In this document: piece by piece, positions 47,349 through 57,479 of the stretch | How the letters are laid out: every line of letters starts with the position of its first letter | Position numbering within the stretch: the stretch's first letter is position 1 | DNA from: Ignavibacteriota bacterium | Lineage (GTDB): Bacteria > Bacteroidota > Ignavibacteria > Palsa-1295 | Assembly: GCA_963776895.1 (NCBI GenBank) | Contig: CAVZOL010000009.1 | Location: forward strand, 324,147 to 388,146 | Direction: 5' to 3' | DNA length: 64,000 bases | Notes under the pieces: model-generated | The model's database searches: none | What the model was told of the DNA's origin: nothing | The model's input: the letters and a program-made list of their open reading frames with translations, nothing else | Made by a program: the position numbers and the translations under genes

Positions 47349-49052
47349 TTGCATCACCTCATGAAACGTTTTTTCTACATCCTTCTCGTTTTTTCCTGTT
47401 TTTCGCCAAAAACGAGGGCACAGACGCACGATGCCCATGTCGATGCAGCGGTAAAACTCGTCGATCTCGGTAATGCGCGCGAAGCCACCGACGATCTTCG
47501 CAAGCTCGTTGCTGCCGACCCCAAGAATGCCGAGGCCCATGCCGGTCTTGCCATTGCGCTCCTCGCCCAGAATCAGACTACCGAAGCTCTTACGGAAGCA
47601 CAAGCCGCGTTCGATATTGACCGGCATTGCGAACTTGCCCGCATTGCGCGCGGCATGGTCTATGGCAAGCAGGGAAAAGTTGAAGATGCGCTCAGCGAGT
47701 TCCATCAGGCCATCAAGATCGACCCCAAAGATGTTGGCGCAATGGTTGCGCTCAGCCGCTATTATATTTCCATCGACTCGCTCAAACCCGCCGAGATCAC
47801 ACTTTATCAGGCACAGCAACTTAATGATAAAGATGTGCGCTCCTATATCGGCCTCGCGGAACTATACGAACGCCAGCACATCCGTGACCTCGCGATCGGC
47901 CAGTATGAGCAAGCCATCAAGATCGATCCCAATGACGAGCGCGTCCATGTGGCGCTGGCAGGTCTTTATCTGCGCACGCAAAAATATGATGAGTCTGCGA
48001 AAGAGTGGCTACAGGTCATTCGTATCGACTCGAATTATGCCGACGCGTATTATCAAATTGCAAGCCTGTATTTTTTAGGAAAATTATATCCCAATGCAGC
48101 CCAGTTCGCGGATCGCTATGTAAAACTTCGGCCTAATGATATCTATGGCCAATGGCTGCTTGCACAAGCCCTGACCGAGGCCGGGCAATACCAGCAGGCC
48201 CTCCCGGCACTGCAGGCCGTTGCATCGAATGATTCCCTTCGCGCGCTTTCGCAACTGTTGCTCGCGCGCAGTTATTTTTATTCGAAAGACTACCAGAAAG
48301 CGCTCGGAATTTATATAAGCGCAAAATCGCTCGGCCCGAAAGATCTGGCCTTTTATGGCGATGCACTTATTGTTTCCGGCGATACCGCAGGCGGCATCGA
48401 ACAATTGAAAAAGTCCCTGGTTGGCGATACCGTCCACACACCGCAGGAAAAGCTCCAGACGGAAAATGCCATCGGCCAGTTGTTGTATCAGCAAAAACGG
48501 TATGAAGAATCCGCACAGGAATTTGAACAGATCGCTAATGCAAATCCTTCGGTCGATGCCTATCTTTCAGCAGCCGAGATATACGCTTACGCCAAAAAAA
48601 CGGATTCCGCAAATTATTATTGCAATAAAGCGCTTGCGATCGATCCCAAATCTCTGAAAGTCCTGATGCAACTGTCGCTCGATGCGCTTCCCAGCGACTC
48701 CACGGACGATGCGCTTGCGATCTTCGCCAAATTTGCCGAAACAGCCAAGAGCGTTAATTCCATAGATACTGCGGCCCTTGCCGAAGGGTTTGTATCATTC
48801 CATTATTTTGCCTTGAAAGATTGGAAAACCGTCGTCGAACATTTGGCGCCGGCGGTAGAAACCTTAGAAACGACGGCCTCACCCTATCGCGTAAGCTTCA
48901 CGCTGGCTCTTGCCCAATCGTATCATCAATTACACGAATTGGACAAAGCAAAAAAATATTACGAGAAAACATTGGAACTCGACCCCAACAACGAGGGAGC
49001 AACACAAGGACTCAATTACCTAAAACAGACGCCCTCCGGAAAAAAGAAATAA
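47349..49052 (+). CDS. secreted TPR-repeat protein (TonB-cluster associated)
   Basis: Signal peptide, at least 10 TPR units across 567 aa. Confidence 0.75.
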   Translation: MHHLMKRFFYILLVFSCFSPKTRAQTHDAHVDAAVKLVDLGNAREATDDLRKLVAADPKNAEAHAGLAIALLAQNQTTEALTEAQAAFDIDRHCELARIARGMVYGKQGKVEDALSEFHQAIKIDPKDVGAMVALSRYYISIDSLKPAEITLYQAQQLNDKDVRSYIGLAELYERQHIRDLAIGQYEQAIKIDPNDERVHVALAGLYLRTQKYDESAKEWLQVIRIDSNYADAYYQIASLYFLGKLYPNAAQFADRYVKLRPNDIYGQWLLAQALTEAGQYQQALPALQAVASNDSLRALSQLLLARSYFYSKDYQKALGIYISAKSLGPKDLAFYGDALIVSGDTAGGIEQLKKSLVGDTVHTPQEKLQTENAIGQLLYQQKRYEESAQEFEQIANANPSVDAYLSAAEIYAYAKKTDSANYYCNKALAIDPKSLKVLMQLSLDALPSDSTDDALAIFAKFAETAKSVNSIDTAALAEGFVSFHYFALKDWKTVVEHLAPAVETLETTASPYRVSFTLALAQSYHQLHELDKAKKYYEKTLELDPNNEGATQGLNYLKQTPSGKKK

Positions 49053-49069
49053 GCGCTGCATTCTGAACG

Positions 49070-49927
49070 ATGCAATTCAAACTCTGCTTGAGCGCCTGGG
49101 CGCTTGCTCTCCTGCTGTTTACCTCGTGCGGCACGGTTCCCAAAACTTCGGTAACAGAAACACCGCTCGGATCGCCGCGCGCGTCAGCCGATGATTCGCT
49201 TTTTGCGCGCGTGCTTCAACGGGCCGTGCAGCCGGATGGAAGAATAAGCTATCAAGAGCTTCGATCCGATTCGGAACTTACCGAATATCTGGAACAGATC
49301 GCGCTCGTCCGAACGGATGGCTTTAACGCTCGCTCGGAACTACTCGCCTTTTGGATCAATACCCATAATGCCTATGTGCTCGATCTGATCCGGTCGAATC
49401 CCGCAATATCCATCGACGATATTCCGGGGTTTCGCTATGCGAAAGTTATCCTCACCGGAGATGCTCAGCATTACTCGCTCGACGACATCGAGCATACCAT
49501 CCTGGAACATGATTTTCGAGAGCCACGCGCATTCTTCGCCTTATTCGACGGTACGCGCTCATCCCCGAGGCTGCCGGTGGAACCTTATTTGGGAGAGCAT
49601 CTCAGCGACCAACTCAATGTGCAATTCAGGAATTTTCTTGCCGATTCTACCAAGAATTATCTTGACCGCCGGGCGAATACGCTGTATTTATCCAATATTT
49701 TTCAGGAGTACTCCGGCGCGCTCGAAGATATGACGGGTGAACCGCTCACGACGCTTATTCGCGACTTTGCGCCGCAAGCCATGGCCGATTGGATTCACAG
49801 GCATCCGGCAATCACTATTGCGTATCTCACGAGAGATAATACGATCAACACCAGCGACATAACTAATTCCCATTCTTATGAACGAAAACCCACGCCGCCC
49901 CGAAGAATATCTGGAGGCATTAACTAA
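49070..49927 (+). CDS. DUF547-family lipoprotein
   Basis: LLFTSCG lipobox; ELLAFWINTHNAYVLDLI matches the DUF547 signature. Confidence 0.6.
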   Translation: MQFKLCLSAWALALLLFTSCGTVPKTSVTETPLGSPRASADDSLFARVLQRAVQPDGRISYQELRSDSELTEYLEQIALVRTDGFNARSELLAFWINTHNAYVLDLIRSNPAISIDDIPGFRYAKVILTGDAQHYSLDDIEHTILEHDFREPRAFFALFDGTRSSPRLPVEPYLGEHLSDQLNVQFRNFLADSTKNYLDRRANTLYLSNIFQEYSGALEDMTGEPLTTLIRDFAPQAMADWIHRHPAITIAYLTRDNTINTSDITNSHSYERKPTPPRRISGGIN

Positions 49928-50381
49928 AAGCTTCCACGTATTTCTCACGTCCGCTTCGAATTATCCGCGCGCGCTGGTGCGTGAAAAACCTTCTGAGAAA
50001 GCCTTCAGCGCTACGGAAGTGCTCTATCATGTTCTGGATGTCGAGCGCTTGTGGCAGCGGCGCATTCGGGGTATGCTCGATGGAACGATGACCACGTTCC
50101 AGCAAATGAATCCCGATCAGGTGGCCGCCGATGAGCGCTACAACGAGCGGCCGTATGACGAAGGAATCCCAGAACTAATGCGCGCTCGAAACGAAACGCG
50201 CGAGCTCATCCGCAGTATGAAACCCCGCGAATTCGAGATCACCGGAACGCATTCCAAATATGGAGAAATGAATACGTTCAAGATTCTTGAAACATTGACT
50301 GACCACGATCATACCCACGCCGCGCAATTAGAGCGAACGCTCGCGCAGGTGTCACAAACAAAAAATTCCGCCCACCATTGA
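49878..50381 (+). CDS. DinB/YfiT-like (DinB_2) metal-dependent hydrolase family protein
   Basis: Four-helix-bundle His motifs (TEVLYHVLDVERLW…DHDHTHAAQL). Start uncertain because of a 50-nt overlap with the upstream gene. Confidence 0.5.
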   Translation: MNENPRRPEEYLEALTKSFHVFLTSASNYPRALVREKPSEKAFSATEVLYHVLDVERLWQRRIRGMLDGTMTTFQQMNPDQVAADERYNERPYDEGIPELMRARNETRELIRSMKPREFEITGTHSKYGEMNTFKILETLTDHDHTHAAQLERTLAQVSQTKNSAHH

Positions 50382-51142
50382 TCGTTGCGCTTATCATCGG
50401 CGCTATTACCGGCTGGCTTATGTCTATGCCGATCGGCCCGCTCAATGCGGCCGTTATCTCGCGCACGATAAAGTACAGCGCGCGGTTCGGCATTGCCGTT
50501 GCCATTGGCGCGGGCCTCATGGACGTGATCTATTGCGGCGGCGCAGCGCAGATCAATGAGTTCCTTGTCGAATCTCCTGTTATTAACTTGTTCTTCGAAG
50601 GCGCAGGATTTGCGGCACTTCTGATCCTCGGCATTCGGCAGCTTACGGCAAAAACGGTCGCGCCTCATGAAGCAAACGCAGACAATGGTTCCGATGATAA
50701 ACCCGGCCGTGGCGAACGTGTCGCCGATGCCGCGATTCACCGAATGCATTTGGAAAAAAAGAGCCTGCTCGGGCCATTCACCATTGGCATTCTGCTCTAT
50801 GCCACGAACGTAATGGCGGTTCCCGAATGGATCATCGTGTCCGGCCTGTGGCGAAGCTGGGGTTTGCTCGGATCGGGCGTCGATATTAACGCCTCCTTCG
50901 CGCTTGGCGCAGGTACGGGAACCATCGGATGGTATCTCGTGCTCATTCGCTGGATCTCGAAACGCCGCCGTGGCTTCAAACCCGCGACCTTGCAGAAGAT
51001 CAATCTTGGTACGAGCATTGCGATGCTTGCCTTCGCAGCATACTTTGCATACGCGATCCTCTTCGAGACGCATTGGAGCGAAGTGCAGTCCCACTTCATC
51101 CATAACACCGGAAGTATTATCGATTCGATTCGAGCGAAGTAA
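50378..51142 (+). CDS. LysE/RhtB-family amino-acid exporter
   Basis: 254 aa, 6 TM, N-terminal MPIGPLNAAVI. Confidence 0.6.
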   Translation: MIVALIIGAITGWLMSMPIGPLNAAVISRTIKYSARFGIAVAIGAGLMDVIYCGGAAQINEFLVESPVINLFFEGAGFAALLILGIRQLTAKTVAPHEANADNGSDDKPGRGERVADAAIHRMHLEKKSLLGPFTIGILLYATNVMAVPEWIIVSGLWRSWGLLGSGVDINASFALGAGTGTIGWYLVLIRWISKRRRGFKPATLQKINLGTSIAMLAFAAYFAYAILFETHWSEVQSHFIHNTGSIIDSIRAK

Positions 51143-51216
51143 AACTCCACACTATTTGGTATAAGGAGAGGTTTGTTATAGAAATCGCCTTCCGGTGTTA
51201 ATGTCAAACAGCATTT

Positions 51217-52068
51217 ATGATCATGAGAAGTACTTGTAAAATAACCGGTAATGGTTCGATCATTCGTTATTGTCTTCCGGTCATAGTATTCGTCATGGGC
51301 GGATGCGCGCAACAGCCTTCGGTCTATTTGCCGACTTCGCCGCAAGTTCCGCTGTTGTCACATCAAGGAGAAATTCGCTTTGGTATAGCCACGAATGCTG
51401 AGAATAATTCCACTGGCGCCACGAACGACTTTTCATCGCTCGAAGCAGCCTATGCCATTACGGATCACGTTGGGCAAATCATTCAGCTTTCGTATAGCCC
51501 GACGAATCTCGATTCGAATAACGTCGGGTTTTTCTATGGAGAGATTGGTGCAGGTTATTTTAGTAAATTCGGGGAATTGGGGGAATACGGACATGCTATA
51601 TTCGAAGCGTATGGCGGAGTTGGATTGGGTCAACTGCACTCGAGAAATCTCAAGATCGACGATGCCTATACTTATTTGGGTTCCGGGATGGTAGATGGCT
51701 CGGATTTCACTCAAAAAAACGCTTCGTTCGTTCGGCCATTTGCTCAGGCCAGTATTGGAGCGGAAGGTTCCGTCTTTGCTATCGCGTTATCCTTTCGGGT
51801 TTCCTATGTCGAAATGAATCGTCTTCAAACGGATTCGCTCTTTATGGCCAGTCCGAGTGGATATGGAAATAATTTCGCCACAGACACCTCCTATTCTATA
51901 AAAAATTCCGAGTTCTTCTTCGAGCCTGCGCTCGTCATACGACTCGGATATGATCCAATCAAAGTGGAAGGAAAATTTTGGTTAGCAACTCCGATCGGAC
52001 AACCCCCTCAATACCTCTGGGGATCTACCAATGTTTCACTTGGCCTCTCCGTCGATCTAAAACCATAA
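51217..52068 (+). CDS. hypothetical outer-membrane lipoprotein / beta-barrel
   Basis: Lipobox VMGGCA, alternating beta-strand pattern. Confidence 0.4.
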   Translation: MIMRSTCKITGNGSIIRYCLPVIVFVMGGCAQQPSVYLPTSPQVPLLSHQGEIRFGIATNAENNSTGATNDFSSLEAAYAITDHVGQIIQLSYSPTNLDSNNVGFFYGEIGAGYFSKFGELGEYGHAIFEAYGGVGLGQLHSRNLKIDDAYTYLGSGMVDGSDFTQKNASFVRPFAQASIGAEGSVFAIALSFRVSYVEMNRLQTDSLFMASPSGYGNNFATDTSYSIKNSEFFFEPALVIRLGYDPIKVEGKFWLATPIGQPPQYLWGSTNVSLGLSVDLKP

Positions 52069-52159
52069 ATCATTATTCCAACCTTTTCTACACATCGAAG
52101 AACTCAGGCGGCAAAAAAATTGTAGATAATAGCGGACGGCCCTTCGAGGAAGATACGGT

Positions 52160-52215
52160 GGATGAGCGATCATCAATCGATGAGCAATCATCAGGGAATG
52201 AGCAATCATCCATAC
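52160..52215. repeat. three spaced copies of ATGAGC(G/A)ATCATC
   Basis: Direct read; similar motif at 52565..52600 and inside MITE R4 (about 59445). Confidence 0.5.
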
Positions 52216-52824
52216 GGGACGAGAAATTACCTGGCCCAACACCGGGATAAGCAATCGTCTGCCGCGGAGCAGGGGCCCCATAAGCCATCCTGCTCTGCCA
52301 CACCAACGGCCTCCGGAGCACAACGAAAAAAGAACCAACAGTGAGCCATAGGGCGCTTGACGCTTGATTCCAACGACAGGCCCTACTCCGCTATCGTAAG
52401 TTCGTGGATTAATTGCACTCGTGCTGCACACGCTTTTTCTTACTTTAGGCGCGTGCCGCTCGTTCGAAGCCAACGATTTTACGGTAGCGGAGAACTCCAA
52501 TACGCCATCGCCGATAGCATTGCTATCCGCAGGCTGAGGGACAGGGGAAGCCAGCGGTCTTTCGTGGATGAGCGATCATGGATGATCGGTCATTCACACA
52601 AGGCAGGTGCCCGCTGATACTTGGGAAATTACGGTTCTTGATTCCCTTGTACTGAGTTGCCGCAACGCAGATCATTCGTGAAATGCTTGCGACACCTCAC
52701 CGGTGGAATTCACTGGCATGTGCGCAGCGATTGCGCCATGTTCATTCCACCGGTCTCCGGAGCAACCATAGGCGACGTATCTTCCTCGCAGGGCCGTCCT
52801 TTGGGCAAAGATGAAAGATGAAGT

Positions 52825-53835
52825 ATGAAAGATGAAATGAGAGAGCCAATAATCCCATTCCTATTTCTTGCTTCATTTTTTTTCTTTGTGTTTTCTTCGC
52901 CGGGTGCGGTATCCGCGCAATCGGTTTCGAAGTATAATAGCGCAGAAAAGGAATGGGAGCTAAATTCTCCCGCGAAATATTACAGGGTCACCGGGTTAGG
53001 ATGTGTTTCGGTGGATTCTGCAAACAAATTCCCTCATCCCACCGCGACTCTCCGTGTATTCGATGATCTGCATACCACGATTCGTGTCAGGTTCTCTGAG
53101 CTTGGCTTGCTTGGCATTAAGGAAGACACCGTAACCGTGCCCGCATCCCGCACCGGCGATACACTTTGGGAATTCATATCTCCTGACCCGTTTTACATGC
53201 TCACGTTCCCAAAAACCGAGTATTATCTCTTCATCGATGTGTGGACGAAAGACGGGAAAAAGCTGCTCGATTCGCGTCCGTTCGAGTGCGATATTAATAC
53301 CGAGGCTTACAAATCCCTGCATCTTTCTTTCGACCATCGACAAACGACCGGGATGCAAAGCCCCACCTTACGGCGGCATTTTCAGCCAACGCTGCTGCCG
53401 CTTTCGATCGAGACGAATCCGGGATGGAGCGCTACGGAAACACTCAATTCCAGCTTGACGTATGCGCTCGTATTCCACGATCCCACCAAGACCGGGAAGC
53501 TCGAAATGTCGCTCAGTATGCATCCGGCGAGCATTGGTATCGTAGATTCTGTAATGTGGAAGAAATTTAAGATAAAAGCAGAGACGGCATTCGGTTCCCG
53601 TGGATTGGCGACAAGCAGCATCGGCGATTTCATGGTTACCGATACTGCGACTCGACATCTTATCAAAGCAGGATACGAATTTGTTTCGAAGAATGCCGAT
53701 AGCTCGCTCAATTATGTTGCAGTATTTCTCACGCCACGCGCAATAATGATGCTGCTCGCCCCGATCGATCAGCCGAACCAGCAATTGCAGGTGCAATATT
53801 TTCAAGCCATCGCAAGAAGCATGAAACTGGACTGA
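52825..53835 (+). CDS. hypothetical secreted protein
   Basis: Signal peptide; no family recognised. Confidence 0.4.
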   Translation: MKDEMREPIIPFLFLASFFFFVFSSPGAVSAQSVSKYNSAEKEWELNSPAKYYRVTGLGCVSVDSANKFPHPTATLRVFDDLHTTIRVRFSELGLLGIKEDTVTVPASRTGDTLWEFISPDPFYMLTFPKTEYYLFIDVWTKDGKKLLDSRPFECDINTEAYKSLHLSFDHRQTTGMQSPTLRRHFQPTLLPLSIETNPGWSATETLNSSLTYALVFHDPTKTGKLEMSLSMHPASIGIVDSVMWKKFKIKAETAFGSRGLATSSIGDFMVTDTATRHLIKAGYEFVSKNADSSLNYVAVFLTPRAIMMLLAPIDQPNQQLQVQYFQAIARSMKLD

Positions 53836-53840
53836 GATTT

Positions 53841-54362
53841 ATGGGATTAATGAGATTTATGGGATTTTTATTCAAAGCATCATTCACAAAAACCCTCCTT
53901 TTCGTCCTCTTTGTCCTTTGCGTCGTTTGGCTCACCGGAAGAGCTCAAACCCCAAAGCCGCTGGATATGCACGGCATTCGCCCCGGCATGATCATGCGGG
54001 AGGCTTTTCTCTACGCGCATGAGCCGATCGACACGCTCCAATGGCGTGGCAAGGAAGCTCAAAATCTCTATGCATTCAAGGGAATTTATCTCGACGATAC
54101 CGGCCAATTTCGCATCACTACCAATGGACAAAATATCACGCGCATTACCTTCATCGCAAAAACGCGCACCAGCGATCAAAACGGAGCAGCGTACCACCAA
54201 GCCATACAAAACATCACCAAGCTCCTCGGTAAACCCGCGCAGGATTACCACAACAAATACCGCATCGTAACCTGGAATGCCGGCACGGAGCAGCTTGTCC
54301 TCACCACCACCGACGGCGGCAAGTTTTATAGCGTGGCGCTGACGGGTGGACTCAAAAAATAG
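53841..54362 (+). CDS. hypothetical secreted protein
   Basis: Signal peptide; no family recognised. Confidence 0.4.
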   Translation: MGLMRFMGFLFKASFTKTLLFVLFVLCVVWLTGRAQTPKPLDMHGIRPGMIMREAFLYAHEPIDTLQWRGKEAQNLYAFKGIYLDDTGQFRITTNGQNITRITFIAKTRTSDQNGAAYHQAIQNITKLLGKPAQDYHNKYRIVTWNAGTEQLVLTTTDGGKFYSVALTGGLKK

Positions 54363-54394
54363 GTGATTCTGCCACATTCCGACACTCTTTTCCA

Positions 54395-54475
54395 GCAGAC
54401 AAGTCTTTTTTATAGTGTGTGTTGGAAGCGTATTCATTAACTCGCTCTTACTTTTCATGAACATCGTGCTTTTGT
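54395..54475. promoter_or_regulatory. conserved upstream element copy B (TTTTTATAGTGTGTGTTGGAAGCGTATTCATTAACTCGCTCTTACTTTTCATGAA)
   Basis: See copy A at 15955; lies upstream of the 54788 T9SS cargo gene. Confidence 0.5.
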
Positions 54476-54574
54476 TTTCTATTTGAAAACATAAAAATCT
54501 CGTCTCTTGTAACAGGAAATGCCCCTCCATATATTACAACAACACACGGGCGTAAAAAGTGCCCTAAAAAGCAC

Positions 54575-54703
54575 CTTGTTTTAAAGATAATGAAAATGGA
54601 AATCCGAAGATCGATAGCGTCGAAGCCGTCCTGCGCTCGCTTGGGTTGAAACTCTCGGTGGAAGCCGTTGGGGTTTCGGCTACAAAGAATGCTCGTATTT
54701 GAG
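54575..54703 (+). pseudogene. 3' remnant of an addiction-module antidote (HigA/TIGR02684-like) antitoxin gene
   Basis: Open frame encodes …NGNPKIDSVEAVLRSLGLKLSVEAVGVSATKNARI*, matching the conserved C-terminus of that family. No start codon or N-terminal HTH is present. Confidence 0.45.
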
Positions 54704-54787
54704 CGAATGAGGCTATCTTTCTACCGGACATCTATTTGGTTGAAACATTTTTGTAACCCGAAGGACTTGGCGCGTTTTACTATTATG

Positions 54788-57193
54788 AAGAAATCTCTCT
54801 TGATCCTGGTTTTCATTTTAGGCACACATTCAGTGGCGTTTGGGCAGTGGGTGCAGACGAATGGGCCATACGGTGGGCACATAGGGTGTTTTGGCAAGGG
54901 GAATTCTCACATCGTTGCAGGGACATCGGACGAGAACGGACACTTACGAATCTTTCGATCTTCCGACAATGGGCTTTCGTGGATTGCGTCAGGTAATAAT
55001 GTGCCTGATAGCGTCGGATTTTGGTGTCTTTCAAATATAGGAGCCAGACTATTGGCCGGAACCCGGGAAGGCGTTTTTATCTCGACAGACGATGGAAGTA
55101 GTTGGAACGAATGTGAATCAGGATTAACTGATTCTACAATTATGACTCTTGTAGTAATGGATTCTTTCGTTTTCGCAGCATCCGATGGTGGGAATTTGTT
55201 TTTCTCCAGCGACTCCGGCGAGCAGTGGACTGAAGTGAATAGCAAGATTAACGGCAACATCCTTAGTATGACAATTCTTGGTTCGAGCATATTTGCAGGA
55301 ACTTATGCAAGCGGCATTTTGCAGTCTACTGATGGTGGGAAAAATTGGACGCCTACAAATAATGGATTAAATTATTCATATATCACATCACTCTCAGCTA
55401 ATGATTCTCTCCTCTTTGCAGGTGGTAATAATGGAGCACTCTATCTCTCACTTGATAGTGGTTCAAGTTGGAACATGATCAATGACACTTCAACACAAAA
55501 GATGTATCGACCTTGCGTCACTCTCAAGGATTCCAATATCTTTGTTGGAAGCCTTGAGGGGCTTTTCCGAACTAATAACGGCGGGTTGAGCTGGCAAGAG
55601 GTTGACTCGGGATTCGTAACGGATGAAATATCCGCAATTTTTGCCAGCGGACAAACCATTTTAGCTGGAACCGCAGAGGGAGTATATATTTCCTCGAATA
55701 ATGGCTCGTCATGGATTTATACCGGCGTCCCAGTTCTTGAAACTACTTTTTTAGCAACTGAAGGCCCGAATCTATATTCATGTAGTTACTATGAACCGAT
55801 GTTTGTCTCAGGAGATGGCGGTAAAACTTGGACATCGCATTCTGATGCTGCCGCTACATCAATGACCGCGATTGGAACAACGGTTTTTGCGGGCTATAAC
55901 GATAATTCCAACGGGGTATTCATTTCAACAGATAGCGGAAATAGTTGGACGTATTCGACCCCTATTTCCTCAAATAATGGTGTTTCTTCGCTAGCATCAA
56001 TTGATTCAAATCTTTTTGCCTTAACAGACGTGGGGATTTTTCTTTCTACGGATTTTGGCGAAAGCTGGCAGAATGTTTCTGGAAATACGGGAATAGATAA
56101 TAATGTGTACAGTTCGGCTTATGCCATGGGTGCGGCAGATTCTAACCTCTTCATATTCGGGGGAAGCAGTTATCTTTCAACGGACTTAGGTTTAGATTGG
56201 ACTAAAATAAATGTTGTCGTTACTCCTTCCATTCAATGGACGGCACCCACATTTACGCAGTGTGAGGGTGATGTTTTTGTTGTGGATCGTTTTGAAGGAA
56301 TCATGCGATCGACCGATAATGGCATAACGTGGCAGGGTGTGAACGCTGGGCTACCTGACTCCATTGCTATTAGTTCGTTAGCATCGATAGATAATTATGT
56401 TTTTGCTGGAAGTGTAGGCCGAGGGGTTTTTGTTACTCCAAATTTTGGTGAAACCTGGACAGCAATAAATTCTGGGTTATCAGATACCGAAATATTTTCT
56501 CTCGCCGTCAAGGATTCGTTCCTTTATGCTGGGACTGGTTCCAGCGGTGTATGGCAACTTCCGCTTTCGGGTATGCCTAAATTATCATACATTTTGGATG
56601 TTAAAAACCCCGAAAACGATACAATATTTTTCGATACCATTCCAATAGGGCAAACCTCATTACGAACAGTGACCGCATCCAACGCGGGGAATGGAAAGTT
56701 AACCATTCAACCAATTCAGGCTCCGCAAAATGGCTTTGCGACGAGTGACGTCTCAAGCCAAGTGATCCTCGATTCAGGTGAATCCTTCACGTTTGAAGCC
56801 TATTTCCAGCCAACGACCCCTGGATTACATTCAGCTCAACTTAACCTTTTATCGGAAGCGAGAGAAGTAACGATCTACTTGTTCGGATTAGCAACAGGAC
56901 AAGCTGACGTCAATAACAGCAGCTTGCAAACCGGTTTGCAACTAAACGCCTACCCCAATCCCCTCTCCCAATCCGCCACCATTCGCTTTACCTCGGCGGA
57001 GAGCGGCGTGGCGCGTGTTACGATTGTGAACCTTCTTGGCGAAGAAGTTGCACGGGTGTTCGAGGGCACACTCAGTGCCGGCGAGCACAACTTCCAGTGG
57101 AGCAAGCCCGCAGACTTGCCCAATGGCATGTACGAATGCGTTGTTGAGATAAACAGGAGGGTCCAGCAGGTGCCGATGCTGGTTCAGAATTAG
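54788..57193 (+). CDS. large BNR/Asp-box beta-propeller repeat protein with T9SS C-terminal domain
   Basis: Signal peptide MKKSLLILVFILGTHSVAFGQ, >12 S/T-x-D-x-G-x-(S/T/N)-W repeats, C-terminal NAYPNPLSQSATIRFTSAESGVARVTIVNLLGEEV sorting domain. Confidence 0.75.
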   Translation, partial: KKSLLILVFILGTHSVAFGQWVQTNGPYGGHIGCFGKGNSHIVAGTSDENGHLRIFRSSDNGLSWIASGNNVPDSVGFWCLSNIGARLLAGTREGVFISTDDGSSWNECESGLTDSTIMTLVVMDSFVFAASDGGNLFFSSDSGEQWTEVNSKINGNILSMTILGSSIFAGTYASGILQSTDGGKNWTPTNNGLNYSYITSLSANDSLLFAGGNNGALYLSLDSGSSWNMINDTSTQKMYRPCVTLKDSNIFVGSLEGLFRTNNGGLSWQEVDSGFVTDEISAIFASGQTILAGTAEGVYISSNNGSSWIYTGVPVLETTFLATEGPNLYSCSYYEPMFVSGDGGKTWTSHSDAAATSMTAIGTTVFAGYNDNSNGVFISTDSGNSWTYSTPISSNNGVSSLASIDSNLFALTDVGIFLSTDFGESWQNVSGNTGIDNNVYSSAYAMGAADSNLFIFGGSSYLSTDLGLDWTKINVVVTPSIQWTAPTFTQCEGDVFVVDRFEGIMRSTDNGITWQGVNAGLPDSIAISSLASIDNYVFAGSVGRGVFVTPNFGETWTAINSGLSDTEIFSLAVKDSFLYAGTGSSGVWQLPLSGMPKLSYILDVKNPENDTIFFDTIPIGQTSLRTVTASNAGNGKLTIQPIQAPQNGFATSDVSSQVILDSGESFTFEAYFQPTTPGLHSAQLNLLSEAREVTIYLFGLATGQADVNNSSLQTGLQLNAYPNPLSQSATIRFTSAESGVARVTIVNLLGEEVARVFEGTLSAGEHNFQWSKPADLPNGMYECVVEINRRVQQVPMLVQN

Positions 57194-57405
57194 TGAAAGA
57201 CCGCTGCTTCCAGCCGCACGACACGTTCCCCGAGCTGCACGACGGAACGGAGTTCCTCTGCAAGCTTCAGGTTTGAAACCGAAAGCTCTTGCAATTTCAG
57301 GTTCGTCGTTTGCTGTTGCTTTTCGAGCCGATCGAGCCTTGTGTTGGTTTGCTTTTGCTCCTGGAGCATTTCGGTCAATAATTCTACAATTCGTGGATCA
57401 TCCAT
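57190..57405 (-). CDS. small coiled-coil protein (hypothetical)
   Basis: Heptad-rich 71-aa ORF from MDDPRIVELL. Confidence 0.3.
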   Translation of the reverse strand: MDDPRIVELLTEMLQEQKQTNTRLDRLEKQQQTTNLKLQELSVSNLKLAEELRSVVQLGERVVRLEAAVFH

Positions 57406-57479
57406 GAAATATCGAACAGCAAACCCAATAAAACGTTTCGAGACGATGTTCCGGGCACTTTGAGTGAGCCGCCTGCGTA

